A DNA stretch of 10,371 nucleotides from an archaeon (GCA_035357435.1 DAOPNM010000019.1:1-10371), one strand, 5' to 3'. Shown: positions 1-7,221, counted from the stretch's first letter. Notes: generated from the letters alone by a model not told the origin. Program-made: numbers and translations.

Positions 1-165
1 TCATATTATGATGACGACGACGAAGATGATGATGATTTGGAAGATGAAGATGATGATGATGATGACGATGACGATGATGACGACGATGAGTCTGATGATT
101 ACGATGACGAAGATGATGTAGTCGACGACAAAGACGAAGACGATGAAGACGACGAAGATTGGTAA
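1..165 (+). CDS. 3' end of a CDS (5' end outside window) encoding an extreme poly-Asp/Glu C-terminal tail
   Basis: Frame 1 is open from base 1 to TAA at 163-165. It translates to SYYDDDDEDDDDLEDEDDDDDDDDDDDDDESDDYDDEDDVVDDKDEDDEDDEDW*. Not in the ORF track, presumably because it has no start codon inside the window. The DNA is an imperfect GAT/GAC/GAA triplet tract. Confidence 0.55.
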   Translation, partial: SYYDDDDEDDDDLEDEDDDDDDDDDDDDDESDDYDDEDDVVDDKDEDDEDDEDW

Positions 166-172
166 GTCTTTT

Positions 173-628
173 TTACTTTTTTTCTTTTTTTAAATAATCA
201 TTTATTGCTGCCTGTAAAACTTGATCACCTAACACTGAACAATGTATTTTTTGTGCAGGTAGCCCTCCTAATTTTTTTATAATATCTTGTGCATTTATTT
301 TTAGTGCTTTATCGATAGGCATACCTCCTTTTTCTGTGATCATTACAGACAACATAGATGTAGAAGCAATAGCACTTGCACAACCCCAGGTTCTCCATTT
401 ACATTCTTTTATTTTTTTTGTTTTTGGGTCTATTTTTATCCACATTTCCATAACATCCCCACATACAGGACTTCCTACTCTCCCATATCCATTAAATTTT
501 TTGAGATATGTTTTAGATGTGTTTTTTAAATAATTTTTAGGATGATAAAAGTGTTCTTTTACAATTGGATTATAAAACCAGGTATTCATGGTTGTATAAT
601 CTTCATTTTTAGTTTTTTTATTTGTCAT
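173..628 (-). CDS. iscU: IscU/NifU-type Fe-S cluster assembly scaffold
   Basis: Carries the three IscU cluster-ligand motifs: GSPVCGD, WGCASAIASTS and KIHCSVLG. The ATG overlaps the iscS TGA (ATGA at 625-628). The true start could be the internal Met at 589. Confidence 0.9.
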   Translation of the reverse strand: MTNKKTKNEDYTTMNTWFYNPIVKEHFYHPKNYLKNTSKTYLKKFNGYGRVGSPVCGDVMEMWIKIDPKTKKIKECKWRTWGCASAIASTSMLSVMITEKGGMPIDKALKINAQDIIKKLGGLPAQKIHCSVLGDQVLQAAINDYLKKEKK

Positions 629-1803
629 TTTATTACCTCTTTTAAATTATGATTCATTGCAGAGATGCTTCTTAGTTCTTTTACAATTTTGTTTATTATT
701 TTTATAGTATATTTAATTTCTTCTAATGTATTATCTACACCTAATGAGAACCTTATAGATGAATGTGCAATTTCTGGATTGTTGTATAATGCCATAATCA
801 CATGTGATGGTTCTAATGAATATGAGGAGCATGCAGATCCTGTTGATGCATATATATTATATTTATTTAATTTTAATAAGAAAGATTCTCCTTCTATGTT
901 TAAAAATGAGATATTTATATTATTTGGTAATCTTTGTTTTCTATCTCCATTTAAGATAGTGTTTGGTATCTTTAGTATTTCTGTTATAAAATAGTTGCTT
1001 AACTCTTTTGTATGTTTAATATTTTTCTCTCTATCTCTTTCTGCAATTTCTAAAGCTTTTGCAAGTCCAATTATTCCTGGAACATTTTCTGTTCCTGATC
1101 TTAATCCTTGTTCTTGTCCCCCACCATAAATAATTGGTTCTATTTCTATATTTTTATTTTTATAAAGTAAACCAATTCCTTTTGGGGCATATATTTTAGA
1201 TCCATTAATTGTCATTAAATCTACACCTAGTTTTTTTACATCTACAGAAAGATATGTTGTTGCTTGGCAAGCATCTGTGTGTAAAACAATATTGTGTTGT
1301 TTACAAATTTTTGCAATTTTAGGAATATCTTGGATTACACCTATTTCATTGTTTGCATAAATTATTGATGCAAAAATTGTATTTTTTTTAATAGCTTTTT
1401 GGAAGTCATTAATGTCTATTATTCCTTTTTTATTTACATTTAAATAAGTAACTTCAAAACCATGTTTTTCTAAATATTGAAATCCTTCTAAAACGGAATG
1501 GTGTTCTATTTTTGTTGTTATAATATGTTTTCCTTTGTTTGCATATTTTTTCAAAAATCCAAAAATTGCAAGATTATTTGCTTCTGATCCACCACCTGTG
1601 AATATAATTTCTTGTTGTTCACAGTTTAATATTTTTGAAATTTTTTGTCGTGCATTTGTAATTGCATTTTTTGCTTCAAGTCCTTTTGTGTGGAATGAGC
1701 TAGGGTTTCCATATTTTTTTGTAAAATATGGTAACATTTCTTTTAGAACTTCTTTGCTTACTGGTGTTGTTGCAGCATTATCTAAATAAATTTCTTTTTT
1801 CAT
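625..1803 (-). CDS. iscS: Cysteine desulfurase, class V aminotransferase (IscS/NifS type)
   Basis: Family motifs are present: TTKIEHHSV, LHTDACQA, PLP-lysine region NGSKIYAPKGIGLLY, catalytic-Cys loop ASTGSACSS and C-terminal IRFSLG. Forms an operon with iscU. Confidence 0.92.
   Translation of the reverse strand: MKKEIYLDNAATTPVSKEVLKEMLPYFTKKYGNPSSFHTKGLEAKNAITNARQKISKILNCEQQEIIFTGGGSEANNLAIFGFLKKYANKGKHIITTKIEHHSVLEGFQYLEKHGFEVTYLNVNKKGIIDINDFQKAIKKNTIFASIIYANNEIGVIQDIPKIAKICKQHNIVLHTDACQATTYLSVDVKKLGVDLMTINGSKIYAPKGIGLLYKNKNIEIEPIIYGGGQEQGLRSGTENVPGIIGLAKALEIAERDREKNIKHTKELSNYFITEILKIPNTILNGDRKQRLPNNINISFLNIEGESFLLKLNKYNIYASTGSACSSYSLEPSHVIMALYNNPEIAHSSIRFSLGVDNTLEEIKYTIKIINKIVKELRSISAMNHNLKEVIK
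635..639 (-). promoter_or_regulatory. Shine-Dalgarno-like GAGGT for iscU, embedded in the 3' end of iscS
   Basis: The minus strand reads AGAGGTAATAAAATG, with 6 nt between GAGGT and the ATG. Confidence 0.45.
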
Positions 1804-1894
1804 ATGTTATTTATTTTTTATATTTTTAATTATTTTGTTATAATTATATATGTTGTATATTATATTTTTAAAATAATCTGTTTATATATATTAT

Positions 1895-2872
1895 ATGCTT
1901 TTCACTTCAGTTTTTTTTTGGATAATTATATTTATTGTTTGTTTAATTGGTTTGGTAAAATCTTCAGATTATTTAACAAGATCTGCAGAATCTTTAGGAT
2001 TATATATTGGGATATCTGCTTTTGTTGTAGGTATTGTCATTGTTAGTATTGGCACCTCTGTACCTGAATTGTTTTCTTCAATTTTTTCTGTGACAAGTGG
2101 TGCCTCTGAGATTGTTCCAGGTCTTGTCCTTGGTTCTAATATTGCAAATATTTTATTGATTATAGGCGTTTGTGCAATATTTGCAAAAAAAATTAAAATA
2201 AATTATGATGTTTTGAATTTTGATCTTCCTCTATTTTTAGCGTCAACATTTTTATTAGCCATAATGTTGTTTAATGGAATTTTTAGTTTTTTTGAAGGCC
2301 TTTTGTGTATTTTATTTATTGTTGTTTATTTATACTATACTGTAAAGATAAGTAAACAAGCAGAAAAAAAACAAGTCAAATCACCTTCTATCCAAAAAAC
2401 AATGGTCCCTCTTCAAAAAACGCAAAAGCCACTCAAGGCACTTGTGATTTTTATACTAAGTGCAATTATTATTTTTATTAGTTCTAAATATCTTGTTGAA
2501 TCAGTTATACAATTATCAGGATTATTAAATATTGGAAAAGAAATAATTGCAGTAAGTGCTTTAGCAGTAGGTACTTCTCTTCCAGAATTAGTTGTTTCCA
2601 TAACTTTAATAAAAAAACATAAACCTGAAATGGCAATTGGGAATATTTTAGGTTCAAATATTTTTAATGCAATGGGTATTATGGGTATTGCTAGGTTGTT
2701 TGGAACAGTTGTAGTTCCATCTTCTATTTTTGCATTGATTCTTCCATTATTTATAATTTCTGCTCTTTTATATTTCTTTATGATACAAGATAGGCAAATT
2801 ACATCTATTGAAGGGGCTGCCTTAATTATTTTTTATATATTTTTCATAGGTTCTTTGTTTTATATAGTGTGA
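1895..2872 (+). CDS. Ca2+/cation antiporter (CaCA) family exchanger, YrbG/NCX_Mj-like
   Basis: Polytopic membrane protein with the two alpha-repeat signatures. These are GTSVPELFSS...GSNIANILL and GTSLPELVVS...GSNIFNAMG, separated by a hydrophilic loop. Confidence 0.85.
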   Translation: MLFTSVFFWIIIFIVCLIGLVKSSDYLTRSAESLGLYIGISAFVVGIVIVSIGTSVPELFSSIFSVTSGASEIVPGLVLGSNIANILLIIGVCAIFAKKIKINYDVLNFDLPLFLASTFLLAIMLFNGIFSFFEGLLCILFIVVYLYYTVKISKQAEKKQVKSPSIQKTMVPLQKTQKPLKALVIFILSAIIIFISSKYLVESVIQLSGLLNIGKEIIAVSALAVGTSLPELVVSITLIKKHKPEMAIGNILGSNIFNAMGIMGIARLFGTVVVPSSIFALILPLFIISALLYFFMIQDRQITSIEGAALIIFYIFFIGSLFYIV

Positions 2873-2875
2873 GGT
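2871..2875 (+). promoter_or_regulatory. Shine-Dalgarno-like GAGGT for the Cys-rich ORF, overlapping the exchanger TGA
   Basis: Reads tGAGGTactaaaaatATG, with 9 nt of spacing. The intergenic gap is only 12 nt, which implies co-transcription. Confidence 0.4.
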
Positions 2876-2884
2876 ACTAAAAAT

Positions 2885-3076
2885 ATGGACTGTAAAAAAC
2901 AAACAAATCTAAAGAATTGTAGTTGTACATATTTTGGTTGTCCTAGAAAAGGTATATGTTGTGAATGTATAGCTTATCATAGGCAAAGAAAGGAACTTCC
3001 TGCTTGTTATTTTTCAAAAGAAGCAGAGAAGGCGTTTGATAGATCTATTGATTATTTTATAAAAACACATACTTAA
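2885..3076 (+). CDS. Small cysteine-rich protein (7 Cys + 1 His), uncharacterised; probable metal/cluster binding
   Basis: 63 aa with the pattern [30 protein letters not shown]. From memory it resembles a widespread uncharacterised small Cys-rich family (possibly Pfam DUF6485); this is unverified. It has its own SD. Confidence 0.6.
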   Translation: MDCKKQTNLKNCSCTYFGCPRKGICCECIAYHRQRKELPACYFSKEAEKAFDRSIDYFIKTHT

Positions 3077-3078
3077 AA

Positions 3079-3678
3079 TTATTTTTTTCTTCCTAATATT
3101 AATATATGTTTCTTTTCAAAAGGGTCAAGTTTTTTCATATCAATTATTTCAAAGTTTTTTTTAAAATTATTTATCTCAGTTTCTATAATTGTTTTTTCAT
3201 TGCCAGAAGATATTGCAGATAGTTTTAAACTTAATAAAATATAGCCTTTGTCTTTTAAAAATAAATCTGCATTTTTTTTTAATATTTCTATTTGATTTTT
3301 TTGAGATACATCTTGTATTATAAAATCAATTTTTCCATTTATTAGTTGTGCATATTCTTCTGGTTTGTTTGCATCTCCATATATTGGTATCAAATTTTTT
3401 CTTTGAAGAGAAAGTAAATATAGTTTTTGCAAACTATGTGGTGAAATGTCTATTCCATATATACATCCATCTGTGATAATGTCTGAAATATAAGATATTG
3501 TATATCCTTCTGCAGCACCAAGATACAATATATTGTCTGTTTTCTTAAATGGAATGTTTGTTAATCCTTTTTTTATACCTGCTGCAATTTTTGATCTATT
3601 TGGATCCCATAATCTTTTTTTTTGTGTATTTAGGTCTTTTGTGAACAATAGCCCATTTTCAAAAAATATATTTTCCAT
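3079..3678 (-). CDS. flpA: Fibrillarin-like rRNA/tRNA 2'-O-methyltransferase (box C/D RNP catalytic subunit)
   Basis: Motifs RLWDPNRSKIAAGI, ILYLGAAEGYTISYISDI, IPIYGDANKPEEY, IIQDVSQKNQIEIL and DPFEKKHILILG match archaeal fibrillarin. Lies 4 nt downstream of nop5. At 199 aa it is N-terminally shorter than typical archaeal fibrillarins. Confidence 0.92.
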   Translation of the reverse strand: MENIFFENGLLFTKDLNTQKKRLWDPNRSKIAAGIKKGLTNIPFKKTDNILYLGAAEGYTISYISDIITDGCIYGIDISPHSLQKLYLLSLQRKNLIPIYGDANKPEEYAQLINGKIDFIIQDVSQKNQIEILKKNADLFLKDKGYILLSLKLSAISSGNEKTIIETEINNFKKNFEIIDMKKLDPFEKKHILILGRKK

Positions 3679-3682
3679 ATTT

Positions 3683-4495
3683 TCACAAACTTTTTTGTCT
3701 TTTTTGTATTTTTTTTTCCAAGCTTTCAGAAATGTCTTTTTTATAGTAGTCAGCTTTTGCTGCTAATGAGATTGTTGTTGCCAAGGTTCTTGCCATTTTT
3801 GCTTTGTTTTTTTGTTTTGTATTAATTATTAATGGGTGGTTGTATAAATAACCATATTTTGGTGTTTTCTTTTTGTATCTTAAAGCTTTAAATAATGATT
3901 TTTCTGCACCTAATAGTTGTATGGTTCCTGCAGGTAATTTAGATAATTTTTCTAAACTTCCTGTGATTTCTAATATTTTACAAGTTATTTCTGTTCCTGC
4001 AGTTTTGTATAAATTTGGATAGTTTTTTTTTATATGTTCGTTTAGGTTGTTTGTAATATCTTCTTTAAGTTCAATTAAGTTTAGGAATGTTTTACAAAGG
4101 TTTATGTAATTTTGTTTGTTTTTTTTATCAAGGGTTATACCAATATCTGCATTAGTTATTTTAAGTATTTCTGGAATTATTTTTTTATCAATTCTTATTT
4201 TTGTAAGTGTTGTCTCATTTATTGTTTCTAATAAATATATTTCACAATATTCTTTTATTGAAACCAATTCATTTAATGTAGGATATTCAAGATCAGAGAC
4301 AATTCTGAATGTTTCATATAGTTCATTAATGTTTTTTGTAAGCCCATTTGATATTTTTGAAAGAGTTAATGTAGTTTCATCATTTGTTTGTAGTTCTTTT
4401 TTTATTTGTTCTTTTGTGATTTTTAAAATATTATCTTTGTGTTCCATGTTTTTCTTTCCATTGTTTTTTAATGCTTTTGTTTTTATTATAAACAA
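3683..4495 (-). CDS. nop5: Nop5 (Nop56/58) box C/D RNP protein: coiled-coil plus Nop domain only, N-terminal domain absent
   Basis: Nop domain: NYPNLYKTAGTEITCKILEITGSLEKLSKLPAGTIQLLGAEKSLFKALRYKKKTPKYGYLYNHPLI...AKMARTLATTISLAAKADYY. The first residues already align with the start of the coiled coil. An alternative start exists at Met17 (4447). Confidence 0.85.
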   Translation of the reverse strand: MFIIKTKALKNNGKKNMEHKDNILKITKEQIKKELQTNDETTLTLSKISNGLTKNINELYETFRIVSDLEYPTLNELVSIKEYCEIYLLETINETTLTKIRIDKKIIPEILKITNADIGITLDKKNKQNYINLCKTFLNLIELKEDITNNLNEHIKKNYPNLYKTAGTEITCKILEITGSLEKLSKLPAGTIQLLGAEKSLFKALRYKKKTPKYGYLYNHPLIINTKQKNKAKMARTLATTISLAAKADYYKKDISESLEKKIQKRQKSL

Positions 4496-4634
4496 TTATT
4501 GATAATTAATGAATATAAATTGATTGTATATTATAAAAATAGTTAAATATAATCTTTTTGTAAAAAGGCATTGTTCTTTTTAGGTAATGTGTTATTTTAA
4601 AATGATTTAATAGACTTGCTGTTGTTTAAAAACA

Positions 4635-4901
4635 TTAGTTAATGGTTACTGTTTCTCCAATTGCTGTGCCAGGAAGTCCTTTTTCAAATTTAGCTCTGAT
4701 AACTCCTTTATTCCCATGTGTTGCAATTATTTTTCCTTTAATCTTTTTGTTTGTACTTGTAGTGTATATTACATTTTTCCCTAATAGTGGTACAACTTCT
4801 TTTTTTGTTTTATATTTTTCTGGATCATTTATTGATAAAAGATATTGTTTTTCATTTTGAACACGTATCCCTCTTCTATTACTTAATATTGTTGCTTGCA
4901 T
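4635..4901 (-). CDS. rpl35ae: Ribosomal protein eL33 (L35Ae)
   Basis: The C-terminal KGKIIATHGNKGVIRAKFEKGLPGTAIGETVTIN closely matches archaeal L35Ae. The 88-aa length is typical. Confidence 0.9.
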   Translation of the reverse strand: MQATILSNRRGIRVQNEKQYLLSINDPEKYKTKKEVVPLLGKNVIYTTSTNKKIKGKIIATHGNKGVIRAKFEKGLPGTAIGETVTIN

Positions 4902-4905
4902 ATTT

Positions 4906-4910
4906 TCACC
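4906..4910 (-). promoter_or_regulatory. Shine-Dalgarno GGTGA for the eL33 gene
   Basis: The minus strand reads GGTGAAAATATG, with 4 nt of spacing. Confidence 0.45.
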
Positions 4911-4996
4911 TTTTTGGTATTATTTAAATTGTTTGTATAATATTATGGATACAAACTATTTTAAAATATGATTGTGTGAATATTAATTAGATATTT

Positions 4997-5704
4997 ATGA
5001 CAAAATGCATTTCTTCTCAGTATATTGCAGGGATAGATGAAGCAGGAAGGGGTTGTGTGTTAGGCCCATTAGTTATAAGTGTGTGTGTTATCCCAGAAGA
5101 TAAGCAAGAATATTTTAGGCAAATAGGTGTAAAAGATTCAAAGCTTTTAACAAAAAAACAAAGAGAATTTTTGTTTGATAGAATAATTAATGAGTCAGTT
5201 GAGTATAAAATTATTGTCATTCCTGCAGAAGAGTTAAATGTATTAATGAAAGAATATTCTTTAAATGAAATAGAAGCACAAAAAGCTGCAGAGTTACTTT
5301 TTTCTTTAAAAACTGATGTTTCTTTAGTTTATGTTGATTCTCCTGATGTTACACAAGAACGATTTAAAAAAAGAATTTTGGATAATTTAAAATTAATAGG
5401 TGGTAATCCAAAAAAATATAATATTATTTCTGAACACAAAGCAGATTTTAATTATCCTGTTGTAGGGTGTGCATCTATTCTTTCTAAAGTAACAAGGGAT
5501 TCTTGGATTAAAAAACTTACTGGTAAAGATATTTCTGGATATTCTTCTGATCCAAAAACAATATCTTTTTTAAAAGATTATATCATAAAATATAAGAAGC
5601 TCCCTGAATATGCAAGGACAGAATGGAAAACAATTGATAATATTATGTCTGAGCTTTATCAAAAAAAAATAGGTTGGTTTAATGAAGATGGCAAAACAAA
5701 ATAA
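4997..5704 (+). CDS. rnhB: Ribonuclease HII
   Basis: GIDEAGRGCVLGPLV (DEDD active-site start), VKDSKLLT, VYVDSPD and GCASILSKVTRD are canonical type 2 RNase H motifs. Confidence 0.92.
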   Translation: MTKCISSQYIAGIDEAGRGCVLGPLVISVCVIPEDKQEYFRQIGVKDSKLLTKKQREFLFDRIINESVEYKIIVIPAEELNVLMKEYSLNEIEAQKAAELLFSLKTDVSLVYVDSPDVTQERFKKRILDNLKLIGGNPKKYNIISEHKADFNYPVVGCASILSKVTRDSWIKKLTGKDISGYSSDPKTISFLKDYIIKYKKLPEYARTEWKTIDNIMSELYQKKIGWFNEDGKTK

Positions 5705-6101
5705 GGATGAAGATATTAAAAAAGAAGATTTAGATAAATTGGATGAATTAATGCAAGCATTGTTTCTTAAGTTTATTAAATTCAATAATAAGCAATTACC
5801 ACTTAAATTAAATTTACAAGTTGATAAGTTTTTACCTGATGAAAAACCTATAGAATATATAGAAAATTATATTATTTCTCCTCCCTATATTTTAGTCACA
5901 TTATATACACCTTATTCCTTAAATGAATTAAGGTTTGATATAGATGATAAAACAAATGTTTTGTTAATTGCAAGCATTGATGGGGTGTATATAAAAGAAT
6001 ATTGGTTTGGTGTTCCACTTATTAAAAATAGTATAAAGCCAACATACAAGAATAATATTTTAGAAATAACACTTCTTATTGATGATGATTTACAAAAATA
6101 A
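5682..6101 (+). CDS. Hypothetical protein, possibly a minimal/divergent Hsp20 (alpha-crystallin domain)-like protein
   Basis: 139 aa, overlapping the rnhB 3' end by 23 nt. YILVTLYTPYSLNELRFDIDDKTNVLLIAS and the C-terminal SIKPTYKNNILEITLLI resemble the ACD pattern (x-v-dlPG..edi.v.v.dn.L.I and A.Y.NGVLeI.lPK). The match is by eye only. Confidence 0.4.
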   Translation: MKMAKQNKDEDIKKEDLDKLDELMQALFLKFIKFNNKQLPLKLNLQVDKFLPDEKPIEYIENYIISPPYILVTLYTPYSLNELRFDIDDKTNVLLIASIDGVYIKEYWFGVPLIKNSIKPTYKNNILEITLLIDDDLQK

Positions 6102-6109
6102 TTTTTTTT
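6102..6109 (+). terminator. Oligo-T tract (T8) immediately after the stop codon; candidate archaeal terminator
   Basis: TAA at 6099-6101 is followed directly by TTTTTTTT. Confidence 0.35.
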
Positions 6110-6180
6110 ATTTGAAACATTCTTTTTTATAACTTGTTATTTCTTGGACAATTTGTTTTTGTTTTTTAAAAGCACATATT

Positions 6181-6187
6181 AAAAAAA
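6181..6187 (-). terminator. Oligo-T tract (T7 on the minus strand) 1 nt downstream of the tRNA 3' end
   Basis: The minus strand reads ...CAGGACCA-C-TTTTTTT. This is the typical archaeal oligo-T termination signal. Confidence 0.4.
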
Positions 6188-6188
6188 G

Positions 6189-6261
6189 TGGTCCTGCCCA
6201 GGATCGAACTGGGGATCTCTACCATGTCAAGGTAGTGTCATAACCACTAGACCACAGGACC
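6189..6261 (-). tRNA. tRNA-Val (anticodon GAC), 73 nt, no intron, CCA not encoded
   Basis: Minus strand: GGTCCTGTGGTCTAGTGGTTATGACACTACCTTGACATGGTAGAGATCCCCAGTTCGATCCTGGGCAGGACCA. Folded by hand: perfect 7-bp acceptor stem, 5-bp anticodon stem CTACC/GGTAG with loop TTGACAT, T arm CCCAG-TTCGATC-CTGGG. Confidence 0.9.
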
Positions 6262-7221
6262 TTTTTTTGTTTTTCTTAGTTCTGTAATTAACAAACAACT
6301 TTTACAAATTTCTTGGCTTGTTGTTTCTCCACATATTTTGCATTTTTTTGTTTGTGTTTTTTGATTGTTTGTTATCTCTTCTATATTAATAAGTTCCTTT
6401 ATTTTTAAAAAGCTTCTTATTAGTGAAAATTTTGTTCCTGGATATTTAGTTTCTAAATTATTTAATATTTCACGTATATCGTTTCGTTTAGCTTCAGAAT
6501 AATATGGGCAATCTTCTGAGAAAAATGGGATGTTGTTATACAGTGCATATGCTCCAATTTCTTTTTCTGGTGTTAAATAAAATGGTTTAATTCTAGGTGT
6601 TGTTTCATTTAGTTCAATTAGTCCTGCTGTTGGCCCTGTTCTAAATAGTCTGATATGGTCATTATCAAGTAAGTTCATAAGAATAGTTTGTGTTTCGTCA
6701 TCTAAATTGTGTGCTGTTGCTATTTTTGAAAATTGCTCTTTTTTAGATAATTTGTTTATTGCTTTTCTTCTTAATACTCCACAATATGTGCAAATTGTTC
6801 CAATTTTTTTATCATAAATTTTTGCAATTTCTTGTGTAGTTATTCCATATTCTTTTTTGTGGGATGTAACTAGGAATTGGATTTTGTTTTTTTTACAAAA
6901 GTTTTGAATAACTTTTTTAGCTTTGTCAGAGTATCTTTTAATTCCTTCGTCTATAAATATTACTGATATTTTTACATTTGTATTTTTATAAAATTTATTT
7001 AAAAGATACAAGAGCACCATTGAGTCTTTTCCGCCAGAAACAGCAATTCCTATTTTTTCATTAGGTCTTATAAGTTTGTAGGTTCTAATTGTTTTTTTAA
7101 GCCTTTTTTCAAAGAATTCATTAAAATGTTCTTTACAATAGTTGTGTTTTCCATATGCTAAATAAATGATTGCAGGTTTTTGGCATTTATCACATTTTAT
7201 TGTGTCATCCATTTTTCTCAT
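6247..7221 (-). CDS. tRNA 2-thiolation PP-loop ATPase, TtuA/NcsA (Ncs6/Ctu1) family
   Basis: N-terminal zinc finger CDKC...CKEH and PP-loop AVSGGKDS. Fe-S ligand cysteines CTYCGVLRR and EDCPY. C-terminal zinc finger CKICG...CKSC. The last 5 codons and the TAG stop lie inside the tRNA-Val gene. Confidence 0.85.
   Translation of the reverse strand: MRKMDDTIKCDKCQKPAIIYLAYGKHNYCKEHFNEFFEKRLKKTIRTYKLIRPNEKIGIAVSGGKDSMVLLYLLNKFYKNTNVKISVIFIDEGIKRYSDKAKKVIQNFCKKNKIQFLVTSHKKEYGITTQEIAKIYDKKIGTICTYCGVLRRKAINKLSKKEQFSKIATAHNLDDETQTILMNLLDNDHIRLFRTGPTAGLIELNETTPRIKPFYLTPEKEIGAYALYNNIPFFSEDCPYYSEAKRNDIREILNNLETKYPGTKFSLIRSFLKIKELINIEEITNNQKTQTKKCKICGETTSQEICKSCLLITELRKTKKGPVV

Noticed and set aside
1-130. 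Repeated TGATGA strings resembling box C (RUGAUGA) of C/D sRNAs. I also searched the intergenic spacers (4496-4634, 6102-6188, 8746-8793, 9253-9353) for C/D sRNAs, given the adjacent nop5-flpA operon.
   Set aside because: The TGATGA copies are simply Asp codons in the acidic tail read out of frame. No spacer contains a RUGAUGA...CUGA pair on either strand.
336-533. Antisense ORFs in the track that lie opposite strongly supported genes: 336..533, 665..994, 1535..1789, 2413..2601, 3533..3766, 4116..4502, 4642..4860, 5017..5220, 5570..5785 and 7954..8145.
   Set aside because: Each lies inside, and antisense to, a CDS with clear family motifs. Their translations are Phe/Ile/Leu/Ser-rich low-complexity strings, typical of shadow frames in AT-rich DNA, and none carries a recognisable motif.
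1804-2046. 80-aa plus-strand ORF spanning the iscS/exchanger divergent spacer and the exchanger 5' end.
   Set aside because: It is out of frame with the well-supported CaCA gene, which starts at 1895. The translation is an implausible Ile/Phe/Tyr/Cys-rich string from promoter-like A/T DNA.
6102-6300. tRNA gene as a possible integration hotspot or mobile-element boundary.
   Set aside because: No integrase, no direct repeat of the tRNA 3' end and no compositional shift nearby. The flanking genes are housekeeping.
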